Positions 8,342 through 16,525 of a DNA stretch of 64,000 nt are shown here, piece after piece. This DNA is from an uncultured Flavobacteriales bacterium (GTDB taxonomy: Bacteria > Bacteroidota > Bacteroidia > Flavobacteriales > UBA1820), in assembly GCA_938023515.1 (NCBI GenBank), contig CALJDR010000052.1, positions 6,615 to 70,614 of the forward strand, written 5' to 3'. The translations under genes were made by a program, and so were the position numbers. Positions within the stretch are counted from its first letter, which is position 1; the number at the start of each line of letters is the position of its first letter. Under the pieces are notes generated by a model. It saw only the letters and a list, made by a program, of their open reading frames with translations. It made no database searches and was not told where the DNA came from.

Positions 8342-8935
8342 CTACCGGAATGTGCCGTCCTTTTGCGGCGCAACAAGGGCCGTTCTGCCGAAGCGCAGAT
8401 TGAACAAACGCCCGTTTACGATCGCATAATTGTTCCTGTCCGCTGTAAGGAAGGCAATGTAATCCACTTTGGAATCCTTGGTATCAAACTGCCCCTGCCC
8501 CATAATATCCGGATTGTTCCGGGAAGATATGTGCGAGTTATATTCATTTTCATCCACATCCGTGAGTACCAGGATCAGGAAAAATATTTCATCTTCTTTT
8601 TCGCCGATGTAAGGCGTATTATTGACATTGTGCCTTGTAAAAAAGGATTCGTAAAAAATAGTACGGCCCTCAAGCTGCACTTCTCCGCCTACGTTCCCCG
8701 AACTGCTGAAAGTACCTTTCATCGGGATTTCGTAATGGGGCTCCGGAAATACACCTACCATCGGCAGTTGAGAATCCTTATAGTAAGAGATACGGCTAAT
8801 ATCATCGTTCAGCATTTTCAGGTCCCAGGTTTCCGGATCCTCCCGGTTTAAGACGTGTTGACGGGCATTGTCCTCCGTCCAAATCCCGATTGCCGGGTTT
8901 TTCGTTTTATTCCCGGTCGAGCAGGAGAATGCCAT
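8342..8935 (-). CDS. Hypothetical protein, probably a lipoprotein whose signal peptide is out of frame (see finding at 8936-8969)
   Basis: ORF begins MAFSCSTGN. The same frame upstream reads KTILYFLLCP, and an ATG at 8967-8969 is one frame off across an A5 run. Confidence 0.5.
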   Translation of the reverse strand: MAFSCSTGNKTKNPAIGIWTEDNARQHVLNREDPETWDLKMLNDDISRISYYKDSQLPMVGVFPEPHYEIPMKGTFSSSGNVGGEVQLEGRTIFYESFFTRHNVNNTPYIGEKEDEIFFLILVLTDVDENEYNSHISSRNNPDIMGQGQFDTKDSKVDYIAFLTADRNNYAIVNGRLFNLRFGRTALVAPQKDGTFR

Positions 8936-9203
8936 CGGGCAAAGTAAAAAGTACAGGATAGTTTTTCATTTTCCATAAAGATTAGCCATGGAAATTAAAC
9001 AATTTTAAAAGTATAATCAAAAACTGCAAAAAATAATCAGAAATATTTTAACTACAATCAAACAAATATTATATTTGAAATAACTACAACAAAGGTGATA
9101 TTTAGTAAAAAACAAATACAACAATAATCTAAAGCACTACTAAACAGTCATAAAGGACTGGAAAAATACATTATACTTTTTACTAACTAAAACACATGTC
9201 AGC

Positions 9204-10568
9204 ATGAAAAAAACACTATTAACAATCCTAATCGCAGTAATGGGTTTTGCCGCGTGCAGTAAATCGGATTTAAACGCCCCAACTAATGATCCGGGTATGG
9301 TATCCGCCCAACTCCCTGTCGAAGACCCTCAAATGGGAGATTATTTCCATCAGTGGGATTCTTTATACCATATGGGTAGTTTGGACCAATATGCCTATTT
9401 CCATGCGATGCCCGACCCATCGTGGACAACTATAATTTTGATGGGTAAAAAAGAGGCTGACGGAACCCATTTTGGATATAATGGTCTTCTATTTAATAAA
9501 GGCCTTTCATATGGAGAAAAATTGGAAGTCTGGGTGCCCATTAAAACAATGGGGACTATCTCCTTGGACGGGAAAGATTCCGCCAGTGTAGGCGGGTGGA
9601 GTTTTTACGAATATTCAGCCGGAGGAAATCTTATGGGTGGAGCTCTTTTGGATTACAAGGATGTATCCGATACATCCATTCTTGTTACATCACCAGGCAT
9701 AGGAACTTATATTATTCAACCTGCCATAATGAAAACTCCCCGTCCAAAGACATTGTCTACCGTCGTTTCGGCCGATCCGGCCATGGGTACCGTAGTGGGT
9801 GGAGGAGAATATTCAAAAGTACCTTGTCAGATCACGGCAACCCCGAAAGCCGGCTATGATTTCGAGCGCTGGGAGATCATCGGCCAGCGCGCCGGATGGG
9901 AGTCGAAAATGCCGACCATATATGATGCAAATTCGGCGTCGACATCTATCACTTTGAACTACAACCACTACCCGTTCACCTTTAAAGCGCATTTCAAACC
10001 GGCTAATAGTGCGAAAATAACCGTACAAACCACCGGGACGGGTACTGTCAGCGGCAGCGGATACTACAAGGTGAACACTCCTTTTACCATTAAAGCCACT
10101 CCGAATCCCGGGTACGTATTCGCTTACTGGACGCTCAACGGCCAGCGGGTCAGCAATTCGGCCTCGTATACCCTGTCGGTGCCGGACACCAACCCGAGAA
10201 CTTATGTGGCACACTTCGAAGACGCAATTCCCGATTATACCCTGAATATTCGGTATTATCTGGGGAGCGGATTGGACAGCCAAACATCGCTGGAATATAT
10301 CGACCCGAACGGCTCGCCGCGCTCGGTTTCCCTCCACTCGATGCTGAATTCCATCACCATCAAAGGCGGAACGACCCCCAGATTGAACATGTATATCATG
10401 AATATGGAAGGCGGTACCATCTATTGTATGTACAAGAACCCAAGCGGCGCTGTCAGGGATCTGTCCGGCAGCGATGTACTCGATTCTTTCGACCTGACCG
10501 ACCTCAAAGGGAGCCCTGAAATTATCATCCGTGCCGAAACGGAAGACTTTAGAGAAGAATTCCAGTAA
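9204..10568 (+). CDS. Surface lipoprotein with two InlB-type B-repeat (Listeria-Bacteroides repeat-like) domains
   Basis: Lipobox is LIAVMGFAACS. The repeats are GTVVGGGEYSKVPCQITATPKAGYDFERWEI and GTVSGSGYYKVNTPFTIKATPNPGYVFAYWTLNG. Confidence 0.65.
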   Translation: MKKTLLTILIAVMGFAACSKSDLNAPTNDPGMVSAQLPVEDPQMGDYFHQWDSLYHMGSLDQYAYFHAMPDPSWTTIILMGKKEADGTHFGYNGLLFNKGLSYGEKLEVWVPIKTMGTISLDGKDSASVGGWSFYEYSAGGNLMGGALLDYKDVSDTSILVTSPGIGTYIIQPAIMKTPRPKTLSTVVSADPAMGTVVGGGEYSKVPCQITATPKAGYDFERWEIIGQRAGWESKMPTIYDANSASTSITLNYNHYPFTFKAHFKPANSAKITVQTTGTGTVSGSGYYKVNTPFTIKATPNPGYVFAYWTLNGQRVSNSASYTLSVPDTNPRTYVAHFEDAIPDYTLNIRYYLGSGLDSQTSLEYIDPNGSPRSVSLHSMLNSITIKGGTTPRLNMYIMNMEGGTIYCMYKNPSGAVRDLSGSDVLDSFDLTDLKGSPEIIIRAETEDFREEFQ

Positions 10569-10591
10569 AATTCGACCCTCCCTTATTTTAC

Positions 10592-10620
10592 AAAGCCCGC
10601 TTGATCGCGGGCTTTGTTCT
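10592..10620. terminator. Hairpin terminator between convergent genes
   Basis: AAAGCCCGC / GCGGGCTTT stem. Confidence 0.5.
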
Positions 10621-10647
10621 ATCTATTCTTTTGTAGATTACTGGCAG

Positions 10648-11721
10648 TTAATGCAACTTATAATCGTAAACATATACATAGTCAAAATCGAACTCCGTAT
10701 TATAGCAGAATATTTTCCGATTCTTTTCATCCACAATGTATTTGTCAAAATGCCTCCCCAGATCGTACTTGACGATGCCTTCTCCGTTCCAATCGTATAT
10801 CTCCAGAAACGACTTTACCGGTTTCCATTCGTCGCCGTCGTTCTTGTATTCGTATTTAAAGGCGTAAATGTAGTCGTCCGTAGCCCGTAACAACGTAAGG
10901 CTTTCCCCTTTTTTCCGGCCGGCCATATCCATTTTGTTGAGCTCGTCCAGCGTATAGGTCTCTCCCAGAGATTTTTCCAGTTCTACCGTCCCGTTCGGAT
11001 TCAGTTTGTAAAATTCCATCCGGAACGCATCCGGATAATAAATGACCAGTTTTTTACCGTTGGTAGCCACACCTGCCTGGTTACGGACATCTCCCTGGAT
11101 CATGATCCCGCTCTTGTTCTGCATGTCGCGGTACGAAATACCAAACTGGCTGGTGTGCGACAAAAGGGGGAGTTCCTGGGTGGTCTCCCCTCGCTTATTC
11201 CATATATTCATATATCCCTTTGCCGACATATCCTTCCAGTCTATCGTTAGGGGGTAATATCCGATCCAGACCGAATCGCTGACGACATAATTAAATCCTT
11301 TCCGGGTATCTCGCAGTCTTTTTTGCGTATAAGAATCGTCCGAAAGACTTATCACCGATAAAGCTCCCTGGCTATCCCCGTTGTCATACACATACAGGTC
11401 GTCGTTCATTAGGTTTCCTTCGGGCAACCGCATGAATTCCGAAAAATCTTCCGGCCCCCCTCCTTTTTGGCCGAAATCGTACAGGAAGCGGAATTCCGGT
11501 AGTTTATATACATAAAATACATTCTTGGTAAGAGGGCTGAATATAAGGACCTTGTCGCCCGCTTTAGTCCAATCTTCGACCTGGACTATCTGGTTTATTT
11601 TCAGGCTGTCAACCTGCAAAGGAATTGGGGCCGAAAAACTGTCCGAATACTTTTTCCCGGCTGTACAGCCCGACAATAGGAACACTGCGATCACAGCACT
11701 GGCAACAAGGATCTTTTTCAT
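10648..11721 (-). CDS. Beta-propeller-type lipoprotein (BF3164 / TolB-like 6-bladed propeller family), paralog 1 of 3
   Basis: Start chosen at MKKILVASAVIAVFLLSGC (lipobox). Motifs shared with 22769-23827 and 40182-41213 are GDK..I.S, VY(K/R)LP.F..LY, G.GP(E/D) and YDW.G..V.KY.L. Confidence 0.65.
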   Translation of the reverse strand: MKKILVASAVIAVFLLSGCTAGKKYSDSFSAPIPLQVDSLKINQIVQVEDWTKAGDKVLIFSPLTKNVFYVYKLPEFRFLYDFGQKGGGPEDFSEFMRLPEGNLMNDDLYVYDNGDSQGALSVISLSDDSYTQKRLRDTRKGFNYVVSDSVWIGYYPLTIDWKDMSAKGYMNIWNKRGETTQELPLLSHTSQFGISYRDMQNKSGIMIQGDVRNQAGVATNGKKLVIYYPDAFRMEFYKLNPNGTVELEKSLGETYTLDELNKMDMAGRKKGESLTLLRATDDYIYAFKYEYKNDGDEWKPVKSFLEIYDWNGEGIVKYDLGRHFDKYIVDEKNRKIFCYNTEFDFDYVYVYDYKLH

Positions 11722-11896
11722 GGTAAATGTTTTTTGCTTTTTAATAGATAACATTGTTTTTACTGAGGACAATCTTTGGGGAGAAAAATAACATAAAGAA
11801 CGAAATTTAACACACATTATTTCTGCTCTTCAAAAATTTAGGAGTTCGGCATATCCGAAAACTGTATATTCGCATGGAACGCAATACTTACGCACC

Positions 11897-12313
11897 ATGA
11901 AGAAATATCTCCTGTTCGTCTTACTCCCCCTGTTCGGACTTGCCGCCTCGGCCCAGGACAATGGGGAAAGCGTCCCTACCGGGGATAAGGAACTGTTCGG
12001 CTACATACACAGCATTATGCAGACGCCTAACGGCACGCACAAGATCTACAACGGGAGAGGGACTTCCGTATTCGATGTGTTGTACACCATCGAGGCCGAC
12101 GACAATAAATGGACCATATACAAAGGAGGAACCCAGAGCTATTTCGACATCCTCTACACCGTGGAACGCTCGGACGATGGTTGTAAAATCTACAAAGGAA
12201 GTCCGAGTTCCGTTTTCAATATACTTTACACGATCAAAAGGACGGACAAGGGATTTAATGTATACAAAGGAAGTTCGCTCTTCGATCTGATATACTCTTA
12301 TGAACGGGACTGA
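11897..12313 (+). CDS. Small secreted protein built from four 24-aa tandem repeats
   Basis: Signal peptide is MKKYLLFVLLPLFGLAASA. The repeat is x(K/T)(I/V)Y(K/N)G...S.F(D/N)(I/V)LYT(I/V)...D.., present four times. Confidence 0.6.
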   Translation: MKKYLLFVLLPLFGLAASAQDNGESVPTGDKELFGYIHSIMQTPNGTHKIYNGRGTSVFDVLYTIEADDNKWTIYKGGTQSYFDILYTVERSDDGCKIYKGSPSSVFNILYTIKRTDKGFNVYKGSSLFDLIYSYERD

Positions 12314-12330
12314 ACGGATGTTCCATTTTT

Positions 12331-12365
12331 AAACCCCGCCGAACCTCCGGCGGGGTTCCTCTTAC
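12331..12365 (+). terminator. Rho-independent terminator
   Basis: CCCCGCC / GGCGGGG stem followed by a T-rich tail. Confidence 0.55.
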
Positions 12366-12832
12366 CACAATTAACAACGACCGTCCCTGTTTTTGGGAAT
12401 ACTAATAGAGAAACCATACTCAAGCATTCCCAATATTAGGCTTCTGCCGCATCTCTCCATATTTCTGTGACTCCATACCGGCGGAACACCTCCTCTATCC
12501 GTTCCACTTCGGTAACCCTGGGCTCTACTCGCCCGTGCAACCGATCGTACCACGCAGGCGAAGATGTAATGTTCAACACCTTCATCAATTCGAACTTTAC
12601 TTCCTTGACATTTTTTTTGGCAGGTTATCGAAACCTCTCTGGAAAGAAAATCTTTTCATTTTTATGCAAGTTTTAGAATAGTTTTCAATTTTTTTATTTC
12701 GTTTATTAGTTTTTACCTCTATATTTATAGGGTCAAACTAATAGAGCAAATATATGGCTTTTACTTTAAAAGAGCAAGTATCTTAAAGCAAATTTTGCAA
12801 GTAAAATTCAACAAACAGATAATATACTATAG

Positions 12833-13228
12833 ATGAAAGATATAGTATCTAGAATAGAACAACTTCTCGAGGATAATAAAATATCGGGATATAAATTATC
12901 CAAAGCGACCGGGATCAGCGAATCCGTCATATCTCGGGTTCGTAACCGGAAACTTAATCCATCCTACGAGGTTCTGAGCCGTATTGCCATTTATTTCAAC
13001 ATATCAAAACATTGGTTGGAAACCGGTGAAGGGGAAAAATCACTAACTTCCGGTTCAATATCCGAAAATTGCGATTTTTATGATCCTTCCGGTCGAAAAG
13101 GAAATATCGATACCGCCTACAAAACTATTCTCGAAGAAAAAGACAAACGGATCGAAGACTTGGTGGCCCGCTTGAAGGACAAAGAAGACATCATCGAATT
13201 GTTGAAAAAGCAAATTCCCAAGCAATGA
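12833..13228 (+). CDS. XRE/CI-type HTH protein with C-terminal coiled coil (same architecture as 6286-6678)
   Basis: HTH is LSKATGISESVISRVRNRKLNPSYEVLSRIAIYFNISKHWLETGEGEK. The helical tail is KDKRIEDLVARLKDKEDIIELLKKQ. Confidence 0.7.
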   Translation: MKDIVSRIEQLLEDNKISGYKLSKATGISESVISRVRNRKLNPSYEVLSRIAIYFNISKHWLETGEGEKSLTSGSISENCDFYDPSGRKGNIDTAYKTILEEKDKRIEDLVARLKDKEDIIELLKKQIPKQ

Positions 13229-13239
13229 CAGAAATAGAA

Positions 13240-13269
13240 AACCGGCAGAAACACTCTGCCGGTTTTTTT
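13240..13269 (+). terminator. Rho-independent terminator at the island/core GC boundary
   Basis: ACCGGCAGA / TCTGCCGGT stem followed by T7. Confidence 0.7.
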
Positions 13270-13283
13270 AGTTTATTGAACGA

Positions 13284-13670
13284 TCAATCCATATATACTT
13301 TCAATCCGGAATAAGAAGATTCTACGGTCACAGGGCGGTCGATCGAGTTCACATCCACACTCCCGGACACCTCCACGCTTCCGGTCACATTTACAGGTTC
13401 CGGAAGGCTGACGACCTCCACATACAAAGGATTTAGCCTGCTGGTTCCCGGGCCGTCATCGGCGGCGGTATTTGAAACATAAGTTCCGGTTATATCCCCG
13501 GAACGGGTCAAATGCGGCGTATCCGCTTTTACGGGAGCTACCAATCCGAATTGCCCGAGCACGATAATGGTCAGGCAAGCAGCGATCACGGTAAGTACGA
13601 TTTTAGTGTAACGGTCTGTTTTCATATCTACATCATCTTTAAAGGTTATTTTGTTCATTTTCTTTTGCAT
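13284..13670 (-). CDS. Membrane-anchored hypothetical protein (128 aa)
   Basis: One TM segment, IVLTVIAACLTIIVLGQFGLV. The start overlaps the stop region of the upstream MBL gene by 32 nt. Confidence 0.5.
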   Translation of the reverse strand: MQKKMNKITFKDDVDMKTDRYTKIVLTVIAACLTIIVLGQFGLVAPVKADTPHLTRSGDITGTYVSNTAADDGPGTSRLNPLYVEVVSLPEPVNVTGSVEVSGSVDVNSIDRPVTVESSYSGLKVYMD

Positions 13671-14787
13671 TTTCCCACCAGCGGGGATAGATCCGGACAG
13701 TGTCTTTCAGCAATACAGGCTCGCCGATAAGCGGGGTAACGAGCCGAAAGTCCCCTTCCCGATGAGCCGCCGCCACCCGATTCAAAGGATCGTCCCACGT
13801 ATGGTAAGCCAGTGCATATTTTGAGTTATGTATCGGGAAGACGGCCCGGGCTTTCAGGTCCCGGCCGGCCTGCACCGTTTCTTCGGGCATCATATGGATA
13901 TACTTCCAGCCGTCCCCGTATTGGCCCGTCTCGAGCAGGGCCAAATCTATTTCACCGAACCGCTCGCCGATGGCCGCAAAATGAGTATCGTACCCTCCGT
14001 CGCCTCCTAAAAACAGCGTATACGAAGGCGTCTGCCACAAGAACGAAGCCCACAGCGATTGATTGGGAGAAAGCCCCCGGCCGGAAAAATGACGCGCCGG
14101 CAGGCAGAATACCCGGAAGCCGGGATCGAGTTCCGTTTCCTCTTCCCAATCCATTTCGACGATCCTGGCCGGATCGAATCCCCAGCGCTCGAAATGCTCC
14201 CCTACCCCCAGCGGGCAGACTATTTTCCCGATTTTAGGCATCAGGGCCCGTACAGTAGGATAATCCAGGTGATCCCAGTGGTCGTGCGAAATGAACAGAT
14301 AATCGATCGCAGGCATATCCTCCGGGCTGTAAATATCCGTCCCTTCGAACGCCTTGTTGAAAAACGGCACCGGGGAAGCCGCCCGGCTGAACACCGGATC
14401 GACCAATATCCGCCGCCCGTCCGCCTGTACCAAATAGGAAGAATGGCCGAACCAGACGACGGCATCATCCGCCGGATCCAAGGCTTTCAGATCGGTTTTT
14501 ACCGCCGGGATACCGGATGTGGGTTTCTGGTTCTCTTCCTTACGGAACAGGAAACCGAAAAACATGGCGAAAAAGCCCTTATCCGAAGTCAGTTGGGGAG
14601 TATAGTGAATATTCTGGAAACGGCCGTCCCGGTAATTAGGCGAGCGTTGTATCCTCTCTTTCCTTTCTCCTTGAGGAATCCTGCCGAACTGGGCAGTGTG
14701 TAAAAACACGACGACACCCAATGTCAGCACGGCTACAATACCTATCGTTATCCACATGGTCTTTTTTCTTTTTTTCCGTTTTATCAT
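13639..14787 (-). CDS. MBL-fold metallo-hydrolase (NAPE-PLD-like)
   Basis: HxHxDH motif in ISHDHWDHLD. There is an N-terminal TM segment, and GHSSYLVQADGRRILVDP is typical of the family. Confidence 0.8.
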   Translation of the reverse strand: MIKRKKRKKTMWITIGIVAVLTLGVVVFLHTAQFGRIPQGERKERIQRSPNYRDGRFQNIHYTPQLTSDKGFFAMFFGFLFRKEENQKPTSGIPAVKTDLKALDPADDAVVWFGHSSYLVQADGRRILVDPVFSRAASPVPFFNKAFEGTDIYSPEDMPAIDYLFISHDHWDHLDYPTVRALMPKIGKIVCPLGVGEHFERWGFDPARIVEMDWEEETELDPGFRVFCLPARHFSGRGLSPNQSLWASFLWQTPSYTLFLGGDGGYDTHFAAIGERFGEIDLALLETGQYGDGWKYIHMMPEETVQAGRDLKARAVFPIHNSKYALAYHTWDDPLNRVAAAHREGDFRLVTPLIGEPVLLKDTVRIYPRWWENAKENEQNNL

Positions 14788-14810
14788 TTTTTACCTTTCG
14801 TTTCTTCCTC

Positions 14811-14826
14811 CAAATATAGCGAAAGC
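14811..14826 (-). promoter_or_regulatory. Bacteroidetes -7 promoter box within the 16-mer GCTTTCGCTATATTTG
   Basis: The reverse complement is an exact GCTTTCGCTATATTTG (TAnnTTTG consensus), 24 nt upstream of the 14787 start. Confidence 0.5.
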
Positions 14827-15105
14827 CGGAAGCCACCCAAACCTGCTAAAAAATGGCCGGGACATCTCCTGCTATTATATAAAGGTACAGAAAACATTTT
14901 TTCCACCGGACACAATCCGGTGAAAATGAAAAAGATTTGTTTTTTTCCATTCTTTTGCTTAACTTTCATACGCATTTCGGACTTTCTTTCCCGAAAAGGC
15001 AGGTTTCTTGCGACCACCGCGGGTGAAAACCCCGGAAAACAGGCCGCCTGCCCGGGTAAAGGCAATCCCACGAATAACCCAAAACAAACTTAAATAATTA
15101 AACGT

Positions 15106-15669
15106 ATGAAAACTGTAGTAGATTCTTTGAATTCAGCCATCAAAAACTGGTGGCTTTCCATCATCCTGGGAGTCCTGTACATCGCGCTGGCCATCTGGCT
15201 GTTCGTCAATCCGCTGGCAAGTTATATGGCCTTGGCCATCGTGTTCAGCATTTTCATGTTCGTCAGCGGTGTCTTCGAGATCATTTTCGCCGTTTCCAAC
15301 CGGGCGCGCCTCACCAGTTGGGGCTGGTATCTGGCAGGCGGTATCATCGACCTGCTTATCGGCATCATGCTGCTGGCCTCTCCGGGTTTAAGTATGGCCG
15401 TACTCCCGTTCATCCTCGCTTTCTGGCTTATGTTCCGGGGCTTTTCGGGCATCGGGCATGCTATGGACCTGAAACGGTTCGGTTCCAGTTCCTGGGGTTG
15501 GTATCTGGCTATCGCGATTCTGGCCGTGTTGTGCTCCATCGGTATCATCTGGGTACCCGCCGCCGGGGCATTCACGTTCGTGTTCATGGTAGCCTACGCC
15601 CTTATCCTGTTCGGGATATTCCGGATCGTGGTCGGCGTGGAGTTGAAAAAGCTCAAAAAAGGAGAGTAA
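15106..15669 (+). CDS. HdeD-family (DUF308) membrane protein
   Basis: Repeated TM hairpins, with WWLSIILGVLYIALAIWLFVNP typical of HdeD/DUF308. Confidence 0.7.
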   Translation: MKTVVDSLNSAIKNWWLSIILGVLYIALAIWLFVNPLASYMALAIVFSIFMFVSGVFEIIFAVSNRARLTSWGWYLAGGIIDLLIGIMLLASPGLSMAVLPFILAFWLMFRGFSGIGHAMDLKRFGSSSWGWYLAIAILAVLCSIGIIWVPAAGAFTFVFMVAYALILFGIFRIVVGVELKKLKKGE

Positions 15670-15688
15670 TCTCATTCCCAAAACCACA

Positions 15689-15722
15689 AGAGGCAGTCCC
15701 GAAAGGACTGCCTCTTGCTTTT
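15689..15722. terminator. Bidirectional hairpin terminator between convergent genes
   Basis: AGAGGCAGTCC / GGACTGCCTCT stem, followed by TGCTTTT. Confidence 0.6.
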
Positions 15723-15742
15723 ACAGGCAAATTTTCAGTGCC

Positions 15743-16525
15743 TTATTTCACATATTTCCGAATCTCCCTGACTATCGCCTCGTTGCCCACAACCTGCGAG
15801 ACACCCCTGTGCCCACTTAGTTCAGATACGATTCCGCCGGCTTCCTGCAGGATCAGGTTGGCCGCGCACACGTCCCATAAATTCAGGGAAAATTCCCAGT
15901 AACCGTCCAGGAAACCGCAGGCCACACAGCATATATCGTAGGCCGCCGTTCCCATCCGGCGGATATCCCGCACATGGGGAACGATCCGGGCAAGGTTATC
16001 GCTGTTGTTATCCGGATTGACATCTTTGTCATACGGAAATCCGGTGGCAATCACTGACGGGCCCAGACCCTTCTTATCGGAAACATGAATTCTTTTGGGT
16101 TCTCCCTCTCTGCATTCCAGATAAGCGCCGCCGCCTTTGACCGCCGTGAAGAGTTCGTCCACATAGGGCGCATATACAACCCCGACGATAGTCTCCCTTT
16201 TATATTGCAGAGCCACCGAAATACAAAATAAAGGAAGTCCCTGGCTGTAATTGGTCGTGCCGTCCAGCGGATCGATGACCCACATATAATCGCTGTTTTC
16301 ATTGCCTCGGTATCCACCTTCCTCGCCCAATATCTTGTGGTCGGGATAACGTTCAAGGATCGAGCGCACGATAAAATCCTCACTCTCCTTGTCGGCCCGG
16401 GTAACTACATCGTAGACGTTGGATTTGGTACGGATTCCCAAGTCGCTTCCCCGGAAATAGCCCAATTGTATTTCGGCGGCTTGTTTTACTATACCAACCG
16501 TGAAATCGAGAAAATCTTGATACAT
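15743..16525 (-). CDS. Inositol monophosphatase family protein (SuhB-like)
   Basis: WVIDPLDGTTNY motif plus EE..G and the DGYWE region. Confidence 0.85.
   Translation of the reverse strand: MYQDFLDFTVGIVKQAAEIQLGYFRGSDLGIRTKSNVYDVVTRADKESEDFIVRSILERYPDHKILGEEGGYRGNENSDYMWVIDPLDGTTNYSQGLPLFCISVALQYKRETIVGVVYAPYVDELFTAVKGGGAYLECREGEPKRIHVSDKKGLGPSVIATGFPYDKDVNPDNNSDNLARIVPHVRDIRRMGTAAYDICCVACGFLDGYWEFSLNLWDVCAANLILQEAGGIVSELSGHRGVSQVVGNEAIVREIRKYVK

Larger units (their letters stand above)
1..13270. mobile_element. AT-rich acquired island. It has a phage/satellite-like replication-regulation module (140-6678), then secreted/lipoprotein cargo and a second CI-like HTH gene (6714-13228). The left end is off-window.
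   Basis: GC is visibly lower than in 13.3-60 kb. It contains a primase-helicase, an orphan methyltransferase, two CI-type HTH genes and many unrecognisable small ORFs. GC rises right after the terminator at 13240-13269. No integrase or att repeat is visible inside the window. Confidence 0.5.

Noticed and set aside
12401-12746. A 10-bp direct repeat, ACTAATAGAG (12401-12410 and 12737-12746), flanks the GC-rich stretch and could be a target-site duplication of a MITE.
   Set aside because: There are no terminal inverted repeats inside the flanks, and a single 10-mer match within about 350 nt of AT-rich DNA is not convincingly non-random.
14990-15065. A GC-rich, potentially structured segment (GGCAGG...CCGCGGGTGAAAACCCCGG...CCTGCC) lies upstream of the HdeD-like gene, so I considered a riboswitch.
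   Set aside because: I could not match it to any riboswitch consensus I know (TPP, cobalamin, fluoride, Mn, SAM, and others), and the pairing is imperfect. A covariance-model scan would be needed.
15150-15902. A 250-aa plus-strand ORF overlaps the HdeD-like gene in another frame and runs into the convergent phosphatase gene.
   Set aside because: It is an Arg/Pro/Gly/His-rich out-of-frame translation, and the HdeD frame has the expected TM periodicity.
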